DNA of 64,000 bases, taken from NCBI GenBank assembly GCA_045637165.1, contig JAZTYU010000005.1, positions 11,282 through 75,281 on the forward strand. The letters are read 5' to 3'. This stretch comes from Candidatus Enterousia sp. Lineage in GTDB: Bacteria; Pseudomonadota; Alphaproteobacteria; Rs-D84. How positions within the stretch are numbered: the first letter of the stretch is position 1; every line of letters starts with the position of its first letter. The position numbers were made by a program, and so were the translations under genes. The notes below the pieces were generated by a model. The model saw only the letters and a list, made by a program, of their open reading frames with translations. It searched no databases and had not been told where the DNA came from. Of this stretch, positions 40,286 through 51,785 are shown one piece after another.

Positions 40286-40315
40286 AAAATAAAATCCCCA
40301 AATGGGGATTTTTAT
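40286..40315 (-). terminator. intrinsic terminator after ihfA
   Basis: ATCCCC-loop-GGGGAT, flanked by A/T runs. Confidence 0.65.
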
Positions 40316-40599
40316 TTATTTGCTACACGTTCACGAAATTCATTGCTGGGGCGAAAGGTTGCAACACGTCGTGCAGAAATAACGGCACTTTCGCCAGTTT
40401 TTGGGTTGCGTCCCATACGAGCGTTTTTTTCCAAGATTTTGAAACTGCCAAAACCTGCGAATTTAACTTCTTCGCCATTTATCAATGATTCACGAATTTC
40501 ATCAAACACAACGTCAACCATTTTCAATGCATCTGCTGTTGTTAGACCAAAGCGTTCACGTAATCTATCTGCAAAATCACTTCTTGTTATTGTTGCCAT
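40312..40599 (-). CDS. ihfA: integration host factor subunit alpha
   Basis: GFGSF....NAR.GRNPKTGE...ISARRV.TFRPS matches the IHF-alpha pattern (ARRVVTFRPG). Confidence 0.88.
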   Translation of the reverse strand: MATITRSDFADRLRERFGLTTADALKMVDVVFDEIRESLINGEEVKFAGFGSFKILEKNARMGRNPKTGESAVISARRVATFRPSNEFRERVANK

Positions 40600-40651
40600 T
40601 TTTCTTTACCCCTATATCTTGGAAACATATTATACAATCACAGAATATAAC

Positions 40652-40680
40652 TTGCAATATTATTTTCACAGGAATAAAAT
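40652..40680 (+). promoter_or_regulatory. candidate sigma-70 promoter of tRNA-Arg(CCU)
   Basis: TTGCAA-N17-TAAAAT, ending 13 nt before the tRNA 5' end. Confidence 0.5.
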
Positions 40681-40693
40681 AGATAAAGTTTTA

Positions 40694-40769
40694 GTCCCCA
40701 TAGTTCAATTGGATAGAACAAGTTCCTCCTAAGAATTAGATGCAGGTTCGATTCCTGCTGGGGACGCCA
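40694..40769 (+). tRNA. tRNA-Arg (anticodon CCU), CCA encoded
   Basis: Hand-folded 76-nt cloverleaf. Anticodon loop CUCCUAA, T-arm GCAGG-UUCGAUU-CCUGC. Confidence 0.9.
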
Positions 40770-40816
40770 GTTCACGCAGGAAGCGAACCGTTCCAGCAAC
40801 GCCAGTTTCTTTTATT

Positions 40817-41692
40817 TTATCTATGATTTTGTCGCATAAATAACGCAACATCCTTGCGGTCGTATCCGTATGCTGAATTCAATCCCCGTGCTGTAAACGT
40901 GTGTGGTTCATTTTTTGCCTGGGTGCGTTGAAAGAAGTCCAGGAAATTAGACCACGCTGGTGCATTTCCTTCCCACAGATAATGAAAACCAATGCAACCA
41001 TTATCTTTGTTCAAATTATTTTGTGCTAAAACTTTTAATATTTCGGAATAAAGGCGATAAAAACGCTGATCTTGCAATCTGTGTTCTGTAAACATATAGT
41101 CAAATATGTTCGACAGCATAATTACATCGTATTTCTGGCTAAACCTTTTGCTTATATTCGATATATCGCAATGTTTAAAGTTTATCGTATCTGGCAGCAA
41201 ATCACGCAACTTATAATAATTATCCAGTTGCAGGTATGTCAGGTTTGCAAACGCTGAATATTCCGGATGGCATGCGGCCCGATATCGAAACATTTCACGT
41301 CCCCTTGCTTCGTATATCGAAAAGAAGTATTGCAGATTTGCCGAGAATTTATCATAAATTGGTTTAATGATTTTGGGGGCAAAAAAATCGTTGGTGCTGA
41401 AAAAGAAACGCAAAAAATCATCACGTTCAACATGTTTGACCATATGTGTTTTTAATTCGACAACACACCGTTGAAAAGAATTTATATCAAAAGTATCAAC
41501 ATTTTTTGCACCTGCTAAATAGGCCTCAAACATATGGTCGCCTGATGCAGCAACTGTCAAAACATTAGCGTTTTTCATATTGCCCAGGCTGCGAACATAT
41601 TCTGCAACATTTTCATTAGAAAACAAGAAAACTGGTGCTTTGTCTTGGAACGCATAGTTTGCAGGGATAAAAATATCGTCGTCTTTATTCAT
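40817..41692 (-). CDS. DUF3419/BtaA-like SAM-binding protein (short form)
   Basis: VLTVAASGDHMFEAYLAGAKNVDTFDINSFQ resembles the DUF3419 N-terminal SAM-binding segment. 291 aa. Confidence 0.45.
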   Translation of the reverse strand: MNKDDDIFIPANYAFQDKAPVFLFSNENVAEYVRSLGNMKNANVLTVAASGDHMFEAYLAGAKNVDTFDINSFQRCVVELKTHMVKHVERDDFLRFFFSTNDFFAPKIIKPIYDKFSANLQYFFSIYEARGREMFRYRAACHPEYSAFANLTYLQLDNYYKLRDLLPDTINFKHCDISNISKRFSQKYDVIMLSNIFDYMFTEHRLQDQRFYRLYSEILKVLAQNNLNKDNGCIGFHYLWEGNAPAWSNFLDFFQRTQAKNEPHTFTARGLNSAYGYDRKDVALFMRQNHR

Positions 41693-41788
41693 CGTCGAAT
41701 ATATAGCACAGACAGGAAAATTGTCAATCTTTTATTGTTTGAAAAAAACTGTATTTAATATATAATACCTGCCAAAAAAGGATTTTTA

Positions 41789-42115
41789 ATGAAGGATAAA
41801 GCCGTAAAAATTGGATTGCTTGCAACGATATTGCCACATATATTTTGCTGTGGTATTCCTATGTTTTTGGCTGTAGTTGGGCTGATTGCACCGGATGCGG
41901 CACACTTTCATCTGTTGCCACATTGGCTAGAGCCTTGGTTGTTTTTGTTTTCTGGGGCTATGTTGGCTTTGTCTTGGTGGTTGGTTCGTCGTGATTGTCA
42001 TTGTTCGTGCCAGAAATGTGGTGCATCATCACATCGCACGCAAAAGATTATATTGGCTATAATAACCGTTGTTTTTATCATTAGTTTATTGCTGCACTTT
42101 GTATCTCATCATTAA
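41789..42115 (+). CDS. small cysteine-rich inner-membrane protein (MerC-like topology)
   Basis: 3 TM helices. CC in TM1 (HIFCCGIP). Cytoplasmic CHCSCQKC cluster. Confidence 0.45.
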   Translation: MKDKAVKIGLLATILPHIFCCGIPMFLAVVGLIAPDAAHFHLLPHWLEPWLFLFSGAMLALSWWLVRRDCHCSCQKCGASSHRTQKIILAIITVVFIISLLLHFVSHH

Positions 42116-42124
42116 AAGGGTTTT

Positions 42125-42790
42125 GTGTTGAAATACTTTGATGCTCATTGTCATATTTTCAATTCTGATAATTTATTGCCTGATATGGGTGTGATTACAA
42201 ATGCGACCCAGATTGCAGAATGGGGAAATGTCTTGGATTTGGTGTCGGGGCGTCAAAATGTTTATGGTGCAATAGGCATTCATCCCTGGTTTGTTTCAGA
42301 CTTACCAGATGGCTGGGATTTGCGGTTGCGTGAACATTTGATTCTGCGTCCGGAAATAATGGTTGGCGAAATTGGTCTGGACAGGCACAAGTCAGATTTT
42401 GAAACCCAAATGATGGTTTTTACCCGTCAACTTAAAATTGCTGTTGAATTAAATCGTGGCGTTCATATTCATTGCATTGGAGCAATGGATGAATTGTTGA
42501 AAGTATTAGGTGGTTTCGGGAACGTATTGCCGCCTTTTATCTTATTTCATCGCTATTCTGGCACGACGACCGATATTCCAAAATTGGTTGAAAAATATAA
42601 TGCGTATTTTTCATATTGTTGTCCTAATGACAAACGGGTCAAGGCAACCCCAATTGACCGAATTCTATCAGAGTCTGATTCGGACAACCCAAAACACTTG
42701 ATTTCCATTGCAGATGATTTAGCATTGATTTTGAATTCTGAAACGGAAACATTTGTAAATAATGCAAAACGGATGCTTAAAAATGGATAG
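42125..42790 (+). CDS. TatD-family metal-dependent hydrolase (paralog 1, divergent)
   Basis: GTG start. YFDAHCHI, GEIGLD, HIHC, SDSD. Confidence 0.7.
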   Translation: MLKYFDAHCHIFNSDNLLPDMGVITNATQIAEWGNVLDLVSGRQNVYGAIGIHPWFVSDLPDGWDLRLREHLILRPEIMVGEIGLDRHKSDFETQMMVFTRQLKIAVELNRGVHIHCIGAMDELLKVLGGFGNVLPPFILFHRYSGTTTDIPKLVEKYNAYFSYCCPNDKRVKATPIDRILSESDSDNPKHLISIADDLALILNSETETFVNNAKRMLKNG

Positions 42791-43463
42791 ACTGCACAGA
42801 ACGCGTTTATTATTTGGTGATACTGCCATTGAAAAACTGGCAAAATCCACTGTTATGGTTGTCGGTTGTGGTGCTGTTGGCTCTTTTGCGACAGAGGCAC
42901 TGGCCCGTTCCGGCATTGGTCATTTGGTCGTTATAGATTTTGATACGGTTGAAAAAACAAATATAAACCGCCAACTGTTTGCCTTGGAATCCACGGTTGG
43001 ACAGCCAAAGGTTGCCGTTGCAGCGGCCCGTATTCACGATATTTGTCCAGAAATTCAGATAACCGCATTAAATATGTTTTTTGATTCAGAATCCAAAATA
43101 TCTGTTCTTCCTGATTTTATTATTGATGCGATTGATACAGTTCCGTCCAAGGTTGCACTATATCAATGGGCGGCCAAACATAATATTCCGCTGATTTCCA
43201 GCATGGGGGCTGCGTCCAAGACTGACCCAACCCAGGTAAACGTAGCACCAATTTCAAAAACATCCGTTTGCCCACTGGCATCACGTGTTCGCAGGGCTGT
43301 TCGTGAATTAAATTTGCCTGATTATCCGGTTGTTTTTTCTGTGGAAAAGCCAGCACCTGTTATTGGTCATGCCAAGAATCTGGGGTCTATAATAACAGTG
43401 ACAGGCACATTTGGTCTGATTCTAGCAAATCATGTAATTCAGAAAATAATCCGGGATATTTAG
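42783..43463 (+). CDS. tcdA: ThiF/MoeB-family tRNA threonylcarbamoyladenosine dehydratase (TcdA-like)
   Basis: VMVVGCGAVGS Rossmann motif, DFD.V...NINRQ, and DAID pattern. 8-nt overlap with the TatD gene. Confidence 0.7.
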   Translation: MDRLHRTRLLFGDTAIEKLAKSTVMVVGCGAVGSFATEALARSGIGHLVVIDFDTVEKTNINRQLFALESTVGQPKVAVAAARIHDICPEIQITALNMFFDSESKISVLPDFIIDAIDTVPSKVALYQWAAKHNIPLISSMGAASKTDPTQVNVAPISKTSVCPLASRVRRAVRELNLPDYPVVFSVEKPAPVIGHAKNLGSIITVTGTFGLILANHVIQKIIRDI

Positions 43464-43521
43464 TTTTGACATCTGTCCAGTTTTTGCTGTAAAATAACAT
43501 AGAAAATAAACGGAGGGATAA

Positions 43522-44268
43522 ATGAAACTGATAAACAAGTTAAAGACAATTCCAGGAATTTGGCTGTCTATCTTGGCAATTGGCGTTGCCTTGGGTGGAT
43601 TTTTTATTGGAAATGGATTCTATCGTGCACTTTCTGTTCGCACTGTTACTGTCAAGGGATTAGCCGAACGTGATGTTGTTGCGGATTCTGCGGTATGGAA
43701 CATCAAGATAAACGGTGTAGGTGGCGACCTGGCGGAATTGCAACAGCGTATTGATAATAACATTTTACAAATTCATACATTTTTAATTGATTCTGGTTTT
43801 GGTGCATCAGATATCCAGAATTTACGTGTTCAGGTTCGTGATAAATATGCGGGCTATTCTGATGCAGAATTAAAGAATCAGCAAAACGATGGTCGCTATG
43901 TCATCGAAACCGGGGTCAAGGTTCGTTCCAACAACGTTGAATTGGTTGACGCTGTATCACGTCGTATGGGTGAATTGGTTCGTCAAGGCATTACCATAAC
44001 CGAAGATTATGCCGGTCCTATTTATATCTTTAATGGATTGAACGACATAAAAATATCGATGATAGAGCAGGCGACCAAACACGCCACTGCCGCTGGCCAG
44101 CAATTTGCCAAAGATGCGGACGCTCGTCTGGGCAAAATTAAAAGTGCCAACCAGGGTGTATTCAGTATTGAATCACGTGATCCTACTGATTCCTGGTCGT
44201 CCAATGAACGCCAGGCAATCAACAAAAAGGTTCGTGTTGTTGCAACAATAACCTTTTATCTAAAATAG
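43522..44268 (+). CDS. SIMPL-domain (DUF541) protein, second copy
   Basis: N-terminal TM, then the V.V.G.AE..V..D.A pattern, and C-terminal KVRVVATITFYLK. Confidence 0.65.
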   Translation: MKLINKLKTIPGIWLSILAIGVALGGFFIGNGFYRALSVRTVTVKGLAERDVVADSAVWNIKINGVGGDLAELQQRIDNNILQIHTFLIDSGFGASDIQNLRVQVRDKYAGYSDAELKNQQNDGRYVIETGVKVRSNNVELVDAVSRRMGELVRQGITITEDYAGPIYIFNGLNDIKISMIEQATKHATAAGQQFAKDADARLGKIKSANQGVFSIESRDPTDSWSSNERQAINKKVRVVATITFYLK

Positions 44269-44285
44269 TTCGGAATATCGTAATT

Positions 44286-44312
44286 CAGACCCCGTTTAGG
44301 GGTCTTTTTTTA
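44286..44312 (+). terminator. intrinsic terminator
   Basis: GACCCC-GTTTA-GGGGTC, followed by T7. Confidence 0.8.
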
Positions 44313-44393
44313 TTGTAAAACATACGGCAATATGTTCCAGAAAACATAATAAAATCAACGGCTAAGAACGTATTCCTAATGTATTTATTCAGG

Positions 44394-44422
44394 TTGCAAC
44401 ATTTTTTGAATCAGGCTATAAT
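44394..44422 (+). promoter_or_regulatory. sigma-70 promoter TTGCAA-N17-TATAAT
   Basis: Near-consensus boxes 51 nt upstream of the DUF378 gene. Confidence 0.6.
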
Positions 44423-44473
44423 ATGCTTGTCTTATTACAAGACGGATTAAACCTTGAAAAGGAGAAAAAAGAG

Positions 44474-44689
44474 ATGAGAGGACTAACGAACTATGTTCTT
44501 ATACCATTGACATTTATCGGGGCTCTGAACTGGGGCTTGATTGGAATCTTTGGTTTTGACTTGGTCGCATTTTTGTTTGGCCCTGCAACATTGGCCAGCA
44601 ACATTGTTTACGCAATAATCGGTATTGCTGCGTTGATATGGTTGATTTGGATGTTTATCGACAGACCAGCCCCACGCAATGACCGTTAA
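44474..44689 (+). CDS. DUF378 small membrane protein
   Basis: AAGGAG RBS. LTFIGALNWGLIGIFGFDLVAFLFG is the DUF378 signature. Confidence 0.75.
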   Translation: MRGLTNYVLIPLTFIGALNWGLIGIFGFDLVAFLFGPATLASNIVYAIIGIAALIWLIWMFIDRPAPRNDR

Positions 44690-44719
44690 AAATAAAAAAT
44701 ATATTTCAGTTTCATGTCC

Positions 44720-44746
44720 ACGCCCCACGAAAAATAGGGGCGTTTT

Positions 44747-44749
<3 letters not shown>
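44720..44749 (+). terminator. intrinsic terminator (overlaps the ligA stop on the other strand)
   Basis: CGCCCC-loop-GGGGCG, followed by T6. Confidence 0.7.
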
Positions 44750-46801
<2,052 letters not shown>

Positions 46802-47449
46802 TTACACCCCAAATTTATAAACTGCCCCGAAATATACTTCGGTTGCGTCAACATCTGTGATTGCAAATTCTGTGTTGTTTAATTGGTGTTCTATTTCGCC
46901 ATAGTATTGATATTTTACGCCTAGATTCAGGTCAATTCTGTCATTTAACGCAAAATTTACACCAATCATTGCACTGTATGTCAAATCGAACACAGAATCA
47001 GACAAATGACCATAAGGTGCATTGACGTCGCCCCAAATTGTTGCAAAACCGATTCCAACACCTGCGTATGGTGCAATTGCCCCAGCGTATTCTTGGAATA
47101 GATAGAAATTCAGCATATTTGCCCAAACATCGAAATTAAAATCCGTTGTTCGTTTTGTTTGTTTTGCCCCGGTATAAAGCGTTTCGAATTCGATTTTTGC
47201 AAAATCGCTTAAACGATTACCGACTACTGCCCCAAATCCAAAGTTGTCTTTGCGAATGGTCGAATTACCGCCATCGTGAATGTCATATTTGAACGAAATT
47301 CGTTCGTTTTTATGAAGGCGAATCCCGACATAGTTATCCCGACGTTCTGTTGTGGTTATTTCTGAATCATATTCATATTCGTCCCAGTAATCTTCTGCCA
47401 ACGCAGGCACTGTCAATAAACAAGCCAAAACACATACTAATTTTTTCAT
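46802..47449 (-). CDS. small beta-barrel outer-membrane protein (OmpA-like barrel / Omp25-Opa-type)
   Basis: Signal peptide ...TVPALA. Alternating amphipathic strands. C-terminus YFGAVYKFGV. GGAG RBS before ATG 47449. Confidence 0.65.
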   Translation of the reverse strand: MKKLVCVLACLLTVPALAEDYWDEYEYDSEITTTERRDNYVGIRLHKNERISFKYDIHDGGNSTIRKDNFGFGAVVGNRLSDFAKIEFETLYTGAKQTKRTTDFNFDVWANMLNFYLFQEYAGAIAPYAGVGIGFATIWGDVNAPYGHLSDSVFDLTYSAMIGVNFALNDRIDLNLGVKYQYYGEIEHQLNNTEFAITDVDATEVYFGAVYKFGV

Positions 47450-47547
47450 ATTCTCCAACCCCTTGTTTCAAATATTGTGATTATAATTATAAATACTGGT
47501 AAAACGCAAGTCGTTTGTGTTAAAATACCCAAGACAGGGGGAAAAGA

Positions 47548-49317
47548 TTGCCGCACAAAGCACCAAACGACATCGAACAAGACAAGCCAAAGCCGTCGCT
47601 AAAACGGCGTTTGTTGATATGGTTTTTCAACCTGATTTTATTGTCGGGTGTGGCTTTATGTGCGTATGTATCAATAATATATTTGCGAATGCCGTCTTTG
47701 GATTCTATTTTGCACGAAACCAGACCGGCGGCGATTGTCTTTCTGGACAGTTATGGTAATGAAATCCGCAGTGCCAATCGCATAATGGGAACACCTGTTT
47801 CAACTGAAACCCTGCCACCCCACGTATGGCAGGCGATTATTGCCATCGAAGACAAACGGTTTTTTCAACATGGACCAATCGACGTTCGTGGTATAACTCG
47901 TGCGGTGTTTTCAAATTTGGCGTCTGGTCGTATTGCATCAGGCGGTTCGACAATAACCCAGCAGACAGCCAAAAACATATTTCTTTCACGTGAAAAAAAG
48001 ATTTCTCGCAAGGTCCAAGAACTAATATTATCCTACTGGCTGGAAAATAGATTTACCAAGAATCAGGTCTTGGATTTGTATATGAACCGTGTTTCGTTGG
48101 TTGGGGGACTTCGTGGAATTGATGCCGCCTCACGTGCTATGTTTGGTGTTCCTGCAACCAAGATGTCTATTGCCCAATCTGCCCAAATTGCTGCAATGTT
48201 AAAGGCACCGACAACATACAGTCCGCTTCGTAATCCTGAAAAAAATATTGCCCGTGCCAGAACTGTTCTAAAAGAAATGGTCCGCCAGGGTTATATCTCA
48301 TTGCCCCAGGCACGCCTGGCGGCACAAAGTCTAAAGCCGGCTGTGCCAACAAATGACACGAACCTATATCGATATTGGACAGATTTTATAATGGACGAAA
48401 TGCGTTCTACATTGGGTGCGTTTGAAACAGATATGTATGTTTATACAACGCTGGACACAAATTTACAAGACCGTATTGCCGCAGTTTTACCAAATCACGT
48501 TGGTAATTATCAGGGGGCTGTTGTCGCAATGAATCCTGACGGTGCAATTCGTGCAATGTCGGGTGGCTCTGATTACCAGGCCAGTCAATTTAACCGCACA
48601 ACTGCCCCACGTCAACCGGGCAGTGCTTTCAAGCCAGTTGTATATCTGGTTGCACTGGAAAATGGTATGTTGCCTGACAGTTATGTAAATGATTCACCGT
48701 TTGCGATTGGCGACTATAACCCTAAAAATTATAATCAGCGTTATTATGGCGACATTTCATTGGCGACCGCCTTTGCCAAAAGTGTAAATTCTGTGCCATT
48801 AAAACTAACAGAATTGTATGGAATTGATTCTGTGCTGTCTATGGCGGGGCGGCTGGGGGTTGGGACAAAGTTGCGGCGTGAATATTCAACTGTGCTTGGT
48901 GCCTCGGAAATGACCCTTTTAGACCTGACAAACATTTACGCAGTAATATGGAATAATGGGCAATCTGTTCGTCCGTATTCGATTACAAAAATTACCGATA
49001 TGGCTGGTCATATCATATATGAACGCAATCCGTCGGACCCAATTACAATTTTGCAGTCTGGCACGGTTGATGCAATGGCCGCACTGTTGGCAGATGTGGT
49101 TGCCCCCGGTGGCACAGGCGGTCGTGCCAGAACACCGGACGTTCTGGGCGGAAAAACAGGAACCAGCAACGAAAATCGTGATGCGTGGTTTGTTGGTGCT
49201 GTGCCAAATCTGGTAATAGGTGTATGGGTTGGAAATGATGATTTCGCACCAATGGATTCCAGCGTGACAGGTGGAACAATTCCTGCTGAAATATTTCACG
49301 ATATCATCGCAAAATAG
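47548..49317 (+). CDS. bifunctional penicillin-binding protein, PBP1A family (short, 589 aa)
   Basis: TTG start after AGGGGG. GT51 motifs EDKRFFQHGPIDVRG and RKVQE. Transpeptidase SAFKP (SxxK) and KTGT. Confidence 0.88.
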   Translation: MPHKAPNDIEQDKPKPSLKRRLLIWFFNLILLSGVALCAYVSIIYLRMPSLDSILHETRPAAIVFLDSYGNEIRSANRIMGTPVSTETLPPHVWQAIIAIEDKRFFQHGPIDVRGITRAVFSNLASGRIASGGSTITQQTAKNIFLSREKKISRKVQELILSYWLENRFTKNQVLDLYMNRVSLVGGLRGIDAASRAMFGVPATKMSIAQSAQIAAMLKAPTTYSPLRNPEKNIARARTVLKEMVRQGYISLPQARLAAQSLKPAVPTNDTNLYRYWTDFIMDEMRSTLGAFETDMYVYTTLDTNLQDRIAAVLPNHVGNYQGAVVAMNPDGAIRAMSGGSDYQASQFNRTTAPRQPGSAFKPVVYLVALENGMLPDSYVNDSPFAIGDYNPKNYNQRYYGDISLATAFAKSVNSVPLKLTELYGIDSVLSMAGRLGVGTKLRREYSTVLGASEMTLLDLTNIYAVIWNNGQSVRPYSITKITDMAGHIIYERNPSDPITILQSGTVDAMAALLADVVAPGGTGGRARTPDVLGGKTGTSNENRDAWFVGAVPNLVIGVWVGNDDFAPMDSSVTGGTIPAEIFHDIIAK

Positions 49318-49350
49318 TCTGTTGTCGAACGAAAGGGAAAAGGGGGAATA

Positions 49351-51132
49351 ATGTCAAAACAACAAAAAATAAAAAATGCCCAGTTGCCAAGGTCGCTGTG
49401 GAAATTTTATTTTCGTTATGCTGTTCATGGCTCAAAAGGGGCGTTGATTGCCTGGGGGATATTCTTTTTTATCGTGTCTATGGACGGTGTGTTATTTCCT
49501 AATTTTCAACGCTGGTTTATCGCATTGTTTGAAAATCCCGTGCCAAACGGCATGACGTTTATTCAACATGCATTACCAACGATTATTTTTATAACTTCGT
49601 TATTGTTGCTGATTGATGTCAGTGCCTTATTTCGTGGAATGTTTCACGCCCGTTGGTCTGCCCCGATAAAGAATCGTATATCTGTTGTTCTGAATGATTA
49701 TGTCCACTCTCAGTCGATGTCGTTCTGGACGGGGCGTATGTCAGGCAAGGTGCATACCCAAATTTTGTATGTTTCTGACGGTTTTCAAGCTGTCGAAGAT
49801 TTCTGGCGTATTGCCTGTATGTTGGCGGTTGTATTTATAAATGTTGGCTTGATTTTATCAATCAACACCTATGTCGCAGTAATTTTTGGTGTCGTATTTG
49901 TGTTTCGTGCTTTATACAGTTGGGCGATGGTAAAGCCCATGAACCGTGCTTCCAAAGACGCATCTGCCGCATCCAGTGAATTATCAGGTCGCAATGTGGA
50001 CAGTATTTCGAATTTTTCTGTTGTGAAATTATTTGCTGGTGCATCACGTGAACGTGCCTATCTTGAACCCAGCCGTCAGAAAAACATTGCCGCCAGAATA
50101 CATTCGTTCTTTGTTCAACGGTTTTTCTGGGGTGTTCCAATGATAATCTGGGATATTTGTTATGGTGCAACACTGTTGCTGTGTGTATGGCTATATATGC
50201 AAGGAAAAATCACAGTTGCAGAAATCGTATTTACAAATTCTGTTTTCTTTACAGTTATGGGAACGATTGGCCAGATTGTAAATCAGATTCCCAGTATCAC
50301 CGACAAATTGGGGGCAGCGTCCAAGGCATATAACGAATTGGTTGTTCCTGTTGATGTTGTTGATGTTCCAAACGCCCCTGCATTGGTGGTGTCAAAGGGC
50401 GAAATAGAATTTCGCAATGTGTCATTTAAGTATAAACAGAAATGGGTTTTGCGTAATTTTAACTTAAAGATTGCCCCAGGTGAACGTGTTGGACTGGTTG
50501 GACCATCAGGGGCAGGGAAAACCACATTGGTAAATTTGCTGATGCGTTTTTATGACCCGACGTATGGAGAAATATTGATAGATGGTCAGAATATAAAAAA
50601 TATATCTCAGGATTCATTGCGTGAAAATATCGCATTTATCCCCCAGGACCCAACGATGTTCAATCGCACATTATTTGAAAATATTGCGTATGGCAAACCT
50701 GGGGCAACCGCTACGGATGTCCGCAATGCTGCCCGTCGTGCGATGGCACATGACTTTATTGTTGGAACAGAAAAAAAGTATGATTCTATGGTTGGCGACC
50801 GTGGGATAAAATTGTCGGGCGGTCAACGTCAGCGTGTTGCGATTGCACGTGCTTTTCTAAAAGATGCACCAATCTTAGTCCTGGACGAAGCGACATCTGC
50901 ACTTGATTCTGAAACAGAAAATTGTATTCAAAAATCATTTGATGAATTGGCACTTGGTCGCACCACATTAGCGATTGCACACCGTCTATCTACTTTACGT
51001 AATATGGACAGAATTGTTGTCTTAAAGCAGGGCAAGGTCCTGGAACAAGGCTCTCATAAACAACTGCTACGTCTTGGGGGCGAATATGCTCGTCTGTGGA
51101 AAATGCAGTCAGGCGGATTTATCAAGGGCTAA
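49351..51132 (+). CDS. ABC transporter, fused permease/ATPase (MsbA-like exporter)
   Basis: 6-TM N-domain. Walker A GPSGAGKTT, signature LSGGQRQR, Walker B ILVLDEATS. Confidence 0.9.
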   Translation: MSKQQKIKNAQLPRSLWKFYFRYAVHGSKGALIAWGIFFFIVSMDGVLFPNFQRWFIALFENPVPNGMTFIQHALPTIIFITSLLLLIDVSALFRGMFHARWSAPIKNRISVVLNDYVHSQSMSFWTGRMSGKVHTQILYVSDGFQAVEDFWRIACMLAVVFINVGLILSINTYVAVIFGVVFVFRALYSWAMVKPMNRASKDASAASSELSGRNVDSISNFSVVKLFAGASRERAYLEPSRQKNIAARIHSFFVQRFFWGVPMIIWDICYGATLLLCVWLYMQGKITVAEIVFTNSVFFTVMGTIGQIVNQIPSITDKLGAASKAYNELVVPVDVVDVPNAPALVVSKGEIEFRNVSFKYKQKWVLRNFNLKIAPGERVGLVGPSGAGKTTLVNLLMRFYDPTYGEILIDGQNIKNISQDSLRENIAFIPQDPTMFNRTLFENIAYGKPGATATDVRNAARRAMAHDFIVGTEKKYDSMVGDRGIKLSGGQRQRVAIARAFLKDAPILVLDEATSALDSETENCIQKSFDELALGRTTLAIAHRLSTLRNMDRIVVLKQGKVLEQGSHKQLLRLGGEYARLWKMQSGGFIKG

Positions 51133-51139
51133 AATAGAA

Positions 51140-51172
51140 ACAGCGTCCAAATTGGACGCTAATTTTTTATTT
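51140..51172. terminator. bidirectional intrinsic terminator
   Basis: AGCGTCCA-AAT-TGGACGCT, followed by AATTTTTTATTTTT. Confidence 0.7.
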
Positions 51173-51625
51173 TTCAATTTTATCCAGTATTTTATTTAGT
51201 TTGCAGACAGAACTGTTTGCACAGCCACGACCACGCCACGTCATAATTTCATTCCCTGTTATATTATCGGCGATTGAAACGTTAAAATTCCACCACCAAA
51301 ACCCGTTAAACGCACACCATATGGGGCGAAATACTTCACTGCGTTCTTTGACCTTGATTACATAGCGGGCATTTGTTGGAATTGTTGTGGTATCAATTTC
51401 AGAATTGCCATCAGCATCGTTCCATTCTTTGCTTTCTTTTGCCTTGCCAACAACGACATTATAACCACGTTCTTCCATTGCTTGTTTAATGCTACGTCGC
51501 ATTGAATATCCACCACGGTCCGCATAAACTACCTGGTCCTTATCCAGTGTGTTTGGTTTTACATAGACGCTGTTGCAACCTGCTAATATCAACACAGAAA
51601 ACAGTAAAAACGATAAGTTTCTCAT
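51167..51625 (-). CDS. hypothetical lipoprotein
   Basis: Lipobox LILAGC. No family recognised. Confidence 0.5.
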   Translation of the reverse strand: MRNLSFLLFSVLILAGCNSVYVKPNTLDKDQVVYADRGGYSMRRSIKQAMEERGYNVVVGKAKESKEWNDADGNSEIDTTTIPTNARYVIKVKERSEVFRPIWCAFNGFWWWNFNVSIADNITGNEIMTWRGRGCANSSVCKLNKILDKIEK

Positions 51626-51660
51626 AATAACTAATCCAAGTGTTTTCGATGAACAAAAAC

Positions 51661-51737
51661 TGGCGCACCCAACAGGATTCGAACCTGTAATCCCCGCCTT
51701 CGGAGGGCGATGCTCTATCCAATTAAGCCATGGGTGC
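51661..51737 (-). tRNA. tRNA-Arg (anticodon CCG), CCA encoded
   Basis: Hand-folded. Acceptor GCACCCA/UGGGUGC, anticodon loop CUCCGAA, T-loop UUCGAAU. Confidence 0.88.
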
Positions 51738-51785
51738 GTTGCAGTGTATTATACGTAAATTTAATTAAAAAGCAAGTGGCGACTT

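Noticed and set aside
40764-40807. 9-nt direct repeat ACGCCAGTT (tRNA-Arg 3' end at 40764-40772, repeated at 40799-40807) as a possible att site of an integrated island
   Set aside because: Only 9 nt match and the two copies are 35 nt apart, so nothing is enclosed. No integrase is nearby. This is compatible with chance.
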